Shown: positions 16,737-25,761 of the stretch, in pieces | Layout of the letters: each line of letters starts with the position of its first letter | How positions within the stretch are numbered: the stretch's first letter is position 1 | DNA from: Candidatus Omnitrophota bacterium | GTDB lineage: Bacteria > Omnitrophota > Gorgyraeia > Gygaellales > UBA12090 | Assembly (NCBI GenBank): GCA_030674475.1 | Contig: JAUSCZ010000035.1 | Coordinates: forward strand, 6,432 to 70,431 | DNA: 64,000 nt | Reading direction: 5' to 3' | Position numbers and translations under genes: made by a program | Notes under the pieces: model-generated | Seen by the model: only the letters and a program-made list of their open reading frames with translations | Database searches by the model: none | Told to the model about the DNA's origin: nothing

Positions 16737-17666
16737 CTACTTTGCCAGCTCCGAGGCGTAAACGAATCTGAACCCGCGTTTTTTTAATTCCGGAATAGCT
16801 TGGACCAATACCTCCAGAGTCCTCTTGCGGTCATGGCCTATCCCCACCGCGAAACCCTCCTGCTTAGCCATTTTAGCCAAGGACTCCAGCTGTCCCTGGA
16901 TGTATTCGGCATCGCTTTTATTATCCAAAAAGACACTCCTTCGGGCATAAGGAAGCTTTACCTCTAAGGCTAATTTTGGACAGACGGTTTTTCCGGTAAA
17001 GCTATCTAAGAAATACAGCTTCTTTTTCTTTAGCTCTTCAAAGATTACCCTCATTAAATCTTCACTCTCAGTTGCCTGGGAGCCCATATGGTTAGAGATA
17101 CCTTTTAGGCCCGGAACGCTTTTAAAATCCATCTCTAATATTTTCAAAATTTCCTGCTTAGACATATTAATCAGTAGTGTGTCCGGCTCAAGCTGATATT
17201 GTTTTTCCTGGTGCGGCTCCATCGGAAGATGTAAAATAACTTCTTTGTTAAGCTCTTTGGCTAACTCGGCAATCCGGACAGAATAGGCCCTGCGGGGAAG
17301 TATGGCCAGGGTCAAAGGCGCGTCTATCTGCCTTAACAGCTCAATATTATTCAGATTGTATCCCCAATCATCTAAGACTATGGCGATCTTTCCCTGAGTA
17401 GCAGCCAAATAAGCTTCCCTGCTTTCAGGCTTAGATTGCTCCTTACTCCTTGTCCCGCCAGAAACATCTTGCTTCTTTTGGGCCGCGCTATAGCTTCTAA
17501 CGGGGCTTGCCTTAGGCTGATCTTTTTTTCTTTCGACCTTGGGTTTAGGCATAGCCGGCCGGATGCCTTCCTTTTTCTGGCAAGAGGCAATCAAAAACAC
17601 AGCTTCAATCACCACTATTGCCAGCAGGGCATAAATAGATTTTTGGTAATTAGGTTTACGACGCAT
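16737..17666 (-). CDS. Divergent polysaccharide deacetylase family protein
   Basis: IAIVLDDWG, ILHLPMEP, SNHMGS, FLDS, VFLDN, VGIGH. Confidence 0.9.
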   Translation of the reverse strand: MRRKPNYQKSIYALLAIVVIEAVFLIASCQKKEGIRPAMPKPKVERKKDQPKASPVRSYSAAQKKQDVSGGTRSKEQSKPESREAYLAATQGKIAIVLDDWGYNLNNIELLRQIDAPLTLAILPRRAYSVRIAELAKELNKEVILHLPMEPHQEKQYQLEPDTLLINMSKQEILKILEMDFKSVPGLKGISNHMGSQATESEDLMRVIFEELKKKKLYFLDSFTGKTVCPKLALEVKLPYARRSVFLDNKSDAEYIQGQLESLAKMAKQEGFAVGIGHDRKRTLEVLVQAIPELKKRGFRFVYASELAK

Positions 17667-17692
17667 TACCTCTCCTTTTAAAAATAAGGTTT

Positions 17693-17749
17693 CGTGTACC
17701 GTGTGCCGTTTACGGTGTACGGTAAACGGTTAGCGGTTAACGGTAAACG
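17693..17749. repeat. Degenerate heptamer tract with an inverted half
   Basis: cgtgtac cgtgtgc cgtttac ... cggtaaa cggttag cggttaa cggtaaa. Confidence 0.7.
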
Positions 17750-17761
17750 CGGCATTCATTA

Positions 17762-19045
17762 TCATCTCTTATTCATCTCTTGGTAGATTCTTATTCCTCG
17801 AATGATGTCTATGGCCCGGATAAGCTGATTATCTTTTTTGTAATCAAAAAGCGTCTCTTTTAGGGGCGGTTCTTTTTCCGCCTTGGGCCCTTTCTCTTTT
17901 ATTTTATCAAAGACATCTTCGGTCCCGGGCTCAACAGCGGTAAAATCAATCCGGCCGGCCTCAACGGTTATATCCGGAATTACTCCCTGATTATGAATTA
18001 CCCGGCCCAGAGGGGTAAAATACTTGCTGGTGGTTAATTTCACCGCCGAGCCATCGGATAAAGGCAGGACCGACTGCACCGAGCCTTTACCGAAAGACTT
18101 GTTTCCGATTATCACCGCCCGCTTGTAGTCTTGTAAGGCCCCGGCCACAATCTCGCTTCCCGAGGCTGAGCCCTGATTAAGTAATACCACCAGAGGAATA
18201 TCTAAATATTTGGGGCAATTTGAGGATTTAAACTCCATATTCTGAAGAGGCACCCGCCCCCTTATGGAAACAATGATTTTGTCAGCCGGAATAAACTTGT
18301 CTACCACTTTAACCGCCACATCCAGCAAGCCGCCGGGATTATTCCTTAAGTCCAAAACTAAACTGTTCATTCCTTCTTCTTTTAATTTGCTCAGGCTTAG
18401 CTCAATATCTTTTGGGGTGGTTTCCCGGAATTCGGTCAGGCGGATATAACCGATATGGTCTTCCAGCATCCGGGCGTATTTAATATCCTTGATTTTAATC
18501 ACATCCCGGATAATCCTAACCTCTAAAAGCTTAGGCGCTCCTTCACGCAAAATAGTTAAAACAACCTCACTTCCCGGCTTACCGCGCAGTTTCTTTACCG
18601 CCTCATCACTGGAGATATTCCGGGTAATCTCACCATCTATCTTTACAATCTTATCCTCCGGCTTTAACCCGGCCTTCCAGGCCGGGGTATCCTCAATAGG
18701 GGTTATCACCGTAAGCAGGCCGTCTTTAATGGTAATCTCTATTCCTAACCCTCCAAACTTGCCCTCGGTATCCGTCTTCAGCTCTTTGTAGCGCTCGGGG
18801 TCAAGGAACTCACTGTAGGGATCAAGCGAAGAAAGCATTCCCCGCATCGCCCCGTAGATTAAATCCTTGGTCTTGGGCTCATCCACATATTCCCCGTTGA
18901 TTAAACTTAAGGTATCCGAGAATAATTCCAATTGTTTATAGAGCTCGTTTCTTTTTTTGCGCTCGCCGTCATCAGAAAAGGCGGAAAAAGAAAAACTCAA
19001 AACCACTACCGCGGCAATCAAAATTGAGCTTATTTTCTTACACAT
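17762..19045 (-). CDS. ctpA: Carboxy-terminal processing protease (S41)
   Basis: LDPYS, PDZ GGLGIEI, DLRNNPGG, SASGSEIVAGAL, FGKGSVQ. Confidence 0.92.
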   Translation of the reverse strand: MCKKISSILIAAVVVLSFSFSAFSDDGERKKRNELYKQLELFSDTLSLINGEYVDEPKTKDLIYGAMRGMLSSLDPYSEFLDPERYKELKTDTEGKFGGLGIEITIKDGLLTVITPIEDTPAWKAGLKPEDKIVKIDGEITRNISSDEAVKKLRGKPGSEVVLTILREGAPKLLEVRIIRDVIKIKDIKYARMLEDHIGYIRLTEFRETTPKDIELSLSKLKEEGMNSLVLDLRNNPGGLLDVAVKVVDKFIPADKIIVSIRGRVPLQNMEFKSSNCPKYLDIPLVVLLNQGSASGSEIVAGALQDYKRAVIIGNKSFGKGSVQSVLPLSDGSAVKLTTSKYFTPLGRVIHNQGVIPDITVEAGRIDFTAVEPGTEDVFDKIKEKGPKAEKEPPLKETLFDYKKDNQLIRAIDIIRGIRIYQEMNKR

Positions 19046-20462
19046 TGGTTAATTTCTCCTTAAGCATTTCCTGGGCCACCTTGGGGTTAGCCTTGCCTTT
19101 GCTTTGGCGCATGACCTGGCCCACCAAAAACATCAGGGCATTGGCTTTACCGGATGAATAATCCTGGACCGACTTTTGGTTGGCGGAAATGACCGCGTCA
19201 ATGATAGCGCTTAATTCTCCCGAGTCGCAAATCTGCAAGAGGTCTTTTTCCTGGATAATCTCCTCAACTGTCTTTTTGCTGTTGAGCCTTGCAGTCAAGA
19301 CTTCCTTCGCGGACAGATTGCTGATTTTATCTTGATCAACAAAACTTATTAAAGTAGTTAACTCCGGCGGTTTTAGGCCCAAAGATTGAATATCCAGATT
19401 CCGGGAGTTTAATTCATAACTTAGCGGCCCGATAAGCCAATTGCTGATACTCTTGGCCTGGGGATAAATCTTAAAACAGGCCTCAAAATAATCCGCGACT
19501 CGCTTTTCCTGGGCCAAAATCTCAACATCATAATCGCTCAAGCCGTAGTCGCGGATGAACCTTTGCTTGAGGGCTTGAGGCAGTTCCGGAAGATTATCCT
19601 TGACCGCCTTTATCTTTTCCTCAGTCAAGACAAAACCCGGCAGGTCCGGCTCAGTAAAATAACGATAATCCATGGCCTCTTCTTTACTGCGCATGGCAAC
19701 AGTCTTGGCTGACACCTCATCCCACAAAAGAGTTTCCTGAATTATCCTTTGTCCGCTTTCCAGGATCCCGGTCTGTCTTTTTATTTCATAGTTCAAAGCC
19801 TCCCGGACCGCCTTAAAAGAATTCATATTTTTTAATTCGGTCTTGGTCCCTAATTTTTCCGCGCCGATAAGCCGTAAAGAAATATTAGCATCGCATCTTA
19901 AAGAACCCTTCTCCATATCGCAGTCAGAAACCTCTAAATATTTGAGTATAGCCTTAAGCTCACTCAGGTATTCATAGGCCTCATCGGGAGAATGTATCTC
20001 GGGCTCGGTAACTATCTCTAAAAGGGGAACTCCGGCCCGGTTATAATCCACCAGACTGCCCTCCCCCTCATGGATAAGCTTCCCGGCATCCTCCTCCAGA
20101 TGCACCCTTTTTACGGGAATGGTCTTTTCTCTGTCCTTGATTTTAATCTTCAGGCCTCCATCCAAAGCCAGGGGCAGGTCATACTGGGAAATCTGGTAGT
20201 TTTTAGGCAGGTCAGGATAAAAATAATGCTTGCGGTCAAACTTGGTAAAATTCTGGATTTGGCAATTTAAGGCCAAAGCTGCCTTCATCCCGTGCTCAAA
20301 AGCCATCTCATTAAGCACCGGCAGGCTTCCCGGAAAACCCAGGCAGACCGGACAGGTCCGCGTATTAGCCGGAGCCCCGAATTCGTTAAGGCACCCGCAA
20401 AAAGCCTTGGTCCTAGTCTTTAACTGAGCATGCACCTCTAAACCGATAACTGTCTCGTACAT
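19038..20462 (-). CDS. gatB: Asp/Glu-tRNA amidotransferase subunit B
   Basis: IGLEVHAQL, HLEEDAGK, LRCDANIS. Confidence 0.97.
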   Translation of the reverse strand: MYETVIGLEVHAQLKTRTKAFCGCLNEFGAPANTRTCPVCLGFPGSLPVLNEMAFEHGMKAALALNCQIQNFTKFDRKHYFYPDLPKNYQISQYDLPLALDGGLKIKIKDREKTIPVKRVHLEEDAGKLIHEGEGSLVDYNRAGVPLLEIVTEPEIHSPDEAYEYLSELKAILKYLEVSDCDMEKGSLRCDANISLRLIGAEKLGTKTELKNMNSFKAVREALNYEIKRQTGILESGQRIIQETLLWDEVSAKTVAMRSKEEAMDYRYFTEPDLPGFVLTEEKIKAVKDNLPELPQALKQRFIRDYGLSDYDVEILAQEKRVADYFEACFKIYPQAKSISNWLIGPLSYELNSRNLDIQSLGLKPPELTTLISFVDQDKISNLSAKEVLTARLNSKKTVEEIIQEKDLLQICDSGELSAIIDAVISANQKSVQDYSSGKANALMFLVGQVMRQSKGKANPKVAQEMLKEKLTNV

Positions 20463-20503
20463 ATTTTAACGTTGAGCGTTGAGCGATATTTTCTATTCGC
20501 CAT

Positions 20504-21937
20504 TTAAATCTTTGGTTTCAGCTTATGCCAGGGAGTGGCTTGCTCGTAATTATAAGCGGTTCGAAAAAGCATTTCTTCATCAAAGGCCTTGGCGGTTATT
20601 TGCAGTCCTATGGGCAGCCCTTTCTTGCTGAAACCGCAAGGAACGGATATTGCCGGCACCCCGGCGAGGTTAGCCGAGATGGTATAGACATCCGAAAGAT
20701 ACATCGCCAGGGGATTCTCTAACTTTTCCCCCAGCCCAAACGCGGTGGTTGGAGAAGTCGGGGTAACGATACAATCATATTCCTTAAAGGCCTCGGTGAA
20801 ATCCCGGGCAATCAGGGCCCGCACCTTAAGCGCCCTCACATAGTAAGCCTCATAATAGCCGTGGGATAAAACATAAGTCCCTAAGATAATTCTGCGCTTG
20901 GCCTCCGGGCCAAATCCTGCTTGGCGGGTTTTTTTATACATAGCAATAAGATTATCCGCGCTCCTTACCCGCAGGCCATATTGCACCCCGTCAAAACGGG
21001 CCAGGTTAGAGCTGGCCTCAGCCGTAGCCACGATATAATACACCCCCACCGCGTATTCGGTATGCGGCAGGCTGACTTCACTCACCACCGCCCCCAGCTT
21101 TCTCAATTGGGCAATTGCTTCCTCAACGGCTTCTTTAACCTCTCCGTCTAATCCCTCAAGCCCGGCATTCGCGGATAAACTAAAATATTCCTTAGGGACG
21201 CCGATTTTTATACCCTTAATATCCTTTTCTAAGGATTTTAGATAATCCCCCACCGGCAAGTTTAAAGATGTGGAATCCCTGGGGTCATGGCCGGAGATTA
21301 TACTGGTAAGATAAGCGTTATCCCGGACATCCTTGGTCAGCGGGCCGATCTGGTCCAGGCTGGAGGCAAAGGCAATCAGCCCGTAGCGGGAAACCCGGCC
21401 GTAGGTAGGCTTAAGCCCCACCACCCCGCAAAAAGAAGCCGGTTGGCGGATTGAGCCGCCGGTATCCGAACCCAAAGCCCAGACTGCTTCATCTCCGGCC
21501 ACTGCCGCGGCTGAGCCGCCGGAGGAGCCGCCGGGAACACAATCCAGATTCCAGGGATTACGGGTAGGAAAGAACGCGGAATTTTCGCAGGATGAACCAA
21601 AGGCAAACTCATCCATATTAGTCTGGCCCTGGATAATAAAACCGGCGTTTTTTAACCTTTGGATTACCGTGGCGTCATAAGGCGGGATAAAGTTTTCTAA
21701 AATCTTAGAAGCGCAAGTTGTGGGTTGGCCCTGGATACAAATATTATCTTTGACGGCTATAGGAATACCGGAGGTAGTATTATCGGTAAAACGCGCGAAA
21801 GCCTTAACCTTACCCTCAACTGCCTTTGTTCTCAGACTTTGAGATTCCAAGATATCCGCGATACCTATCTTTTTTTGTTTTATCAAATCTAAAAGCTCAA
21901 GACCGGTGAGAGCATAGAGGGGTTTTTCAGCAGGCAT
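20504..21937 (-). CDS. gatA: Asp/Glu-tRNA amidotransferase subunit A
   Basis: [31 protein letters not shown]. Confidence 0.97.
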   Translation of the reverse strand: MPAEKPLYALTGLELLDLIKQKKIGIADILESQSLRTKAVEGKVKAFARFTDNTTSGIPIAVKDNICIQGQPTTCASKILENFIPPYDATVIQRLKNAGFIIQGQTNMDEFAFGSSCENSAFFPTRNPWNLDCVPGGSSGGSAAAVAGDEAVWALGSDTGGSIRQPASFCGVVGLKPTYGRVSRYGLIAFASSLDQIGPLTKDVRDNAYLTSIISGHDPRDSTSLNLPVGDYLKSLEKDIKGIKIGVPKEYFSLSANAGLEGLDGEVKEAVEEAIAQLRKLGAVVSEVSLPHTEYAVGVYYIVATAEASSNLARFDGVQYGLRVRSADNLIAMYKKTRQAGFGPEAKRRIILGTYVLSHGYYEAYYVRALKVRALIARDFTEAFKEYDCIVTPTSPTTAFGLGEKLENPLAMYLSDVYTISANLAGVPAISVPCGFSKKGLPIGLQITAKAFDEEMLFRTAYNYEQATPWHKLKPKI

Positions 21938-22225
21938 TTATTCGATTACCTTGGGCACGCGAAAATGCCCTTTCAGGCTTTCCGGGGCATTTTTCAATAC
22001 CAGGGCATTCGGCAGGGATTCTCCGGGAATATCGGCCCTTAAGACATTTTGGATATCCAGAATATGGCTCATCGGCTTCACAGAAGAAACATCCGCTTTT
22101 TTAAGCTTCGCAATAAATTCCAGCACTGATTCCAATTGCCCGGAAAATAAATTCAATTCTTCCTGATTCAATTCTATCCTGGCTAAATTCGCCACCTTCA
22201 AGACATCATCTTTGGAAATTATCAT
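21938..22225 (-). CDS. gatC: Asp/Glu-tRNA amidotransferase subunit C
   Basis: VANLARIEL...NAP...FRVPKVI; first gene of gatCAB. Confidence 0.93.
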   Translation of the reverse strand: MIISKDDVLKVANLARIELNQEELNLFSGQLESVLEFIAKLKKADVSSVKPMSHILDIQNVLRADIPGESLPNALVLKNAPESLKGHFRVPKVIE

Positions 22226-22231
22226 TCTTGA

Positions 22232-22260
22232 ATTATAACACCGCTTACTATAGCTGTCAA
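22232..22260 (-). promoter_or_regulatory. Consensus sigma70 promoter of gatCAB, probably leaderless
   Basis: TTGACA-17nt-TATAAT, then 6 nt, then ATG 22225. Confidence 0.8.
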
Positions 22261-22320
22261 AGTAAAAAACCCTCGATAAGTAACGCGTCAGCCAACGGGA
22301 GGAAATCTCCCCTCACCCTG

Positions 22321-22421
22321 AAAATCCCCCTCCCTGCCTGCCGGCAGGCAGGGTTTGGCTTTCAATATAGTAGGGGCAGGTTCAGAACCTGCCCCTACTC
22401 AACGGGGGTTAGGGGGATTTT
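22321..22421. repeat. Nested palindrome cluster
   Basis: aaaatccccct...agggggatttt encloses the 20-bp palindrome (22333-22352) and a family B palindrome (22370-22398). Confidence 0.8.
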
Positions 22422-22472
22422 TAAAAAAAAGCCCCCGTTTAGTGGCCGGTTACCTCGATAACTCACGATTGG

Positions 22473-23183
22473 TTATTCGCCTTGCTGTTCTATAAAATGA
22501 ATAATGACGCTGAAAGCGGCCAGGGGTGAGTCTAATTCTTTGGGCAGGGGAGGAAACGGTGAGGCATCCAACAGGCCTTCGACAGCCATACGTTTTAATC
22601 TTTCACTGGCCTGGCTTTTTTCATTAATCACCCGATACTCCAGGAGTGAACCGTCAGCCTTCAGGGCGAATTTAAGGCAGACCACGCCTTCATCGCTGAC
22701 CTCGGAAAACTTATTATACAGGCATCTTCGAATGCGCTCGCGCAGGAAATTATTATAGGTAAGATAGGCCGGTTTCCGGGCTAGCTTAAGCGAAGACTCC
22801 ATCTCCACCTCGGAAAGCTTAATCGGGGCATTGCGTGAAAACTCAATTCTTCCCAGGGCGGGTTTTTGAACTGACCTTGAGAACATTGCCGAAACATCAT
22901 CGCGCTTGGCGCCGGAAAAGGGCAGGCTGTCCTCGAAAAACTTATTATCGGCGGATAAAGACAGAGGCTGACTTAAGCTAAGTTTATCCGGGTTATCCCG
23001 GGTTTTACTTTTAATCCGGGCCTTTTCTAAAACTGCCGGTTTAATCTTTAAATAATTGACCTCTATTCCTTTAATTATATTATCTTTAGGCAGGATATTC
23101 AGCACCGATAAGGAAAATAAAATAAGGATATGCGCCGATAAGGATATAGCCAGGGCCCAGGGAAAATTCCTATTCTCTCGCAT
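22473..23183 (-). CDS. TonB/TolA-like energy transducer
   Basis: N-terminal TM with SxxxH; C-terminal GxV.L.F.L..DG...ASPFPPLP. Confidence 0.65.
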   Translation of the reverse strand: MRENRNFPWALAISLSAHILILFSLSVLNILPKDNIIKGIEVNYLKIKPAVLEKARIKSKTRDNPDKLSLSQPLSLSADNKFFEDSLPFSGAKRDDVSAMFSRSVQKPALGRIEFSRNAPIKLSEVEMESSLKLARKPAYLTYNNFLRERIRRCLYNKFSEVSDEGVVCLKFALKADGSLLEYRVINEKSQASERLKRMAVEGLLDASPFPPLPKELDSPLAAFSVIIHFIEQQGE

Positions 23184-23296
23184 ATTTTCAGTATATCAGA
23201 TTTTTCTTTTGAATCAAGCGCCCAACACCTGAAACGAATAACAGTGTATGGCGTATGATTTATAGCTAAAACAACAACCATAAACTACGCATTAAT

Positions 23297-23935
23297 TTAT
23301 TTCTGAGGCTTTCTCATCTTCAGGAATTCGATAACCGCCGGAATCACGGAAAGGACAATGATTGCCAATATCACCTCTGAGAAATGTTCTTTGACTAAAG
23401 GGATATTCCCGAAATAAAACCCCGCGCAATAAAAAAGCAGGACCCAAACACACCCCCCGGCTATATTGTAAAGCAGGAACTTCCGATAATCCATACGCAC
23501 AATTCCGGCCACAAAAGGCGCGAAGGTGCGCACTATAGGCAAAAAACGGGCCAGGATAATGGTCTTACCGCCATATTTTTTATAGAAGTGGTGGGTGCGG
23601 TCAAGATATTCCTTCTTAAAAAACGGTATATGCTTGGCCTGAGTAAGCCGCTTGCCGAAATATTTGCCTATCGCGTAATTTACGCTGTCTCCGGCAATCG
23701 CCGCCGCCAGTAATATTCCTCCCATAAGAAACGGCTGGAACGCGCCTTGGGCCGAAAAAGCCCCTACCACAAAAAGCAGGGAATCTCCCGGCAAAAATGG
23801 GGTTAAGACCAAACCGGTCTCGGCAAAAATTATCCCAAATAGAACAAGATAGGTCCATGCTCCGCACTGCTGAATAATAACCATTAAATGCTTATCAAAA
23901 TGCATAAAGAAACCAAGAATACCCGGTAATTCCAT
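23297..23935 (-). CDS. dedA: DedA family membrane protein
   Basis: FAETGL..PFLPGDSLLF, GDSVNY, ARFLPIVRTFAPFVAG. Confidence 0.92.
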   Translation of the reverse strand: MELPGILGFFMHFDKHLMVIIQQCGAWTYLVLFGIIFAETGLVLTPFLPGDSLLFVVGAFSAQGAFQPFLMGGILLAAAIAGDSVNYAIGKYFGKRLTQAKHIPFFKKEYLDRTHHFYKKYGGKTIILARFLPIVRTFAPFVAGIVRMDYRKFLLYNIAGGCVWVLLFYCAGFYFGNIPLVKEHFSEVILAIIVLSVIPAVIEFLKMRKPQK

Positions 23936-24005
23936 AATTTATTATCTCCTCTCTAATCGCTAAAACGCAAAAAGTAGATAAGAAAATTTCGCGCTTTCGC
24001 GGTGT

Positions 24006-25694
24006 TTAACATATTTCGCGTTTCCGCGTTGTAAAAAATAACACCCGCGCCGCCTCCATAATCAATAGCAAACTCAAACCCAAAAGCAGAATCCCGCATA
24101 CACCTAAGAGCCAGATATCCGCTGAAGGGAAAACTCCGCCTGATATATTGAACAATGATTTCACAAAAGGCAGGCTCAAATTAACCAATGCCCAGGAAGT
24201 TACCGTGAACATAAATATCATCGGCAGGATAGTATACCAGGGCCGGCGGCCTAAATGAATAAGCCATAGCGATACCGCCAGCAGAATAATACTGGCTAAC
24301 AACTGATTGCTGGCCCCGAACAACGGCCAGGCGGCCAGATACCCTTTCTCTTTAGAGGCCATCAGAAAAACAAACGGCAGTAACACGCTGGCAATGCCGG
24401 CCACTAAGCCCCCCTTCTTTGAAGACATCCCGGTTAACTCCTGGAAGATATAACGCGCCAGCCGCGTGCAGACATCCAATGTGTCATACACAAAAGTAGA
24501 GAATGCCAGCAGGGCAAAGGTAAACGCTAATTGATACGGAATATTAAAAAGCGCCAAAGATTTGGCAATCCCGCCGGCATAAATAAGGTTAGGGTCAGCT
24601 TTTAAAAGAGGGCTGTTTTTGGGTAAAATAATTACGGTAATAATCGCCAGCACCGCCACCAGACCCTCAAGAAGCATCGCGCCATAGGTTATCGGCACGC
24701 AGTCTCTTTCCTTCTTCACCTGCTTGGCGGTGGTGCCGGAGGAGACAATCCCGTGGAATCCGGAACAAGCGCCGCAGGCGATAGTAATAAAAAGAATCGG
24801 AAATATATTTTTTCCGTTTGCCAGGCTCTTCAGCCCGCTGAGGTTAATAGCCGGATATTCTATGGAGAATCCCCCGCACAATGCCCCGGCCAGGCCGATA
24901 AATATAACCAGATACAGAAACCAGCCGCCCAAATACCCCCGCGGCTGAAGCAAAAGCCAGACCGGGATTACCGAAGCAATGAGGCAATAAAACAATAACA
25001 GCACATCCCACTGTTTTACCGAAAGGGCCGAAAGCGGCGCCAAGAGCTGGTTTGGCAGATGCGGCCCCAACCAGACAATCCCCAAAAGAAACGGTAAAAA
25101 TATAATAGTTGCCTTCCAGAGCGCGAGCTTACCGCGATAAAGCGCGATTCCCATAATCATTGCTACTATAAGATACAAAACCGAAGAAGCCGCTACCCCC
25201 GACCCAAAGGCAGCGCCTTCTATGTTCGTTTTAAAGGTGTGGGCGGTAATATCGGTAAAGGTAATAATCACATATTCCAGGGCCAGCCAGACAAAAATAA
25301 GGAAGAATTTATAGGAGCGCCCGGGCATATATCTTTTAATTACTTCACCAATTGATGTCCCCCTGTGCCGTATGGAGGCGGCCAAGGCAAAAAAATCATG
25401 CGCTCCTCCGATAAATACCGCGCCTATAACCACCCATAATAACGCGGGCAGCCAGCCAAACCAGAGACAGGCGATGATAGGCCCGACAATCGGCCCGGCC
25501 GCGGCAATCGCGGAAAAGTGCTGGGCTAAAATTAAGGCGGGCTTGGCCGGGACATAATCAATGCCGTCGTTTATACTACAGGCAGGAGTGATAAAGTCAT
25601 CATTGAGCGGTATCCTCTTTCCCAGGAAACGCCCGTAAAAAATATAGGCCAGAAGAAAGATACCTATAACAGTCAAAACAATTAAGCTAATCAT
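24006..25694 (-). CDS. cstA: Carbon starvation CstA family transporter
   Basis: DGIDYVP, HFSAIAAAGPIVGP, IACGACSGFH, WPLFGASNQLLA. Confidence 0.88.
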   Translation of the reverse strand: MISLIVLTVIGIFLLAYIFYGRFLGKRIPLNDDFITPACSINDGIDYVPAKPALILAQHFSAIAAAGPIVGPIIACLWFGWLPALLWVVIGAVFIGGAHDFFALAASIRHRGTSIGEVIKRYMPGRSYKFFLIFVWLALEYVIITFTDITAHTFKTNIEGAAFGSGVAASSVLYLIVAMIMGIALYRGKLALWKATIIFLPFLLGIVWLGPHLPNQLLAPLSALSVKQWDVLLLFYCLIASVIPVWLLLQPRGYLGGWFLYLVIFIGLAGALCGGFSIEYPAINLSGLKSLANGKNIFPILFITIACGACSGFHGIVSSGTTAKQVKKERDCVPITYGAMLLEGLVAVLAIITVIILPKNSPLLKADPNLIYAGGIAKSLALFNIPYQLAFTFALLAFSTFVYDTLDVCTRLARYIFQELTGMSSKKGGLVAGIASVLLPFVFLMASKEKGYLAAWPLFGASNQLLASIILLAVSLWLIHLGRRPWYTILPMIFMFTVTSWALVNLSLPFVKSLFNISGGVFPSADIWLLGVCGILLLGLSLLLIMEAARVLFFTTRKREIC

Positions 25695-25708
25695 AATTTA
25701 CTATTTCT

Positions 25709-25744
25709 AAAAAAAAAGCCAGAAAACCATTCTGGCCTTTTTTT
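25709..25744. terminator. Probable intrinsic terminator after hppA
   Basis: A-run, gccagaa/ttctggc hairpin, T-run. Confidence 0.6.
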
Positions 25745-25761
25745 CTCAAACCGCGTAAGAG

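Noticed and set aside
21155-21183. Short insert in GatA (SLSANAGL) as another palindromic element
   Set aside because: The hairpin is weak and has no clear second copy in the window
22228-22461. 77-aa plus-strand ORF
   Set aside because: Built from palindromic repeats and overlaps the gatCAB promoter
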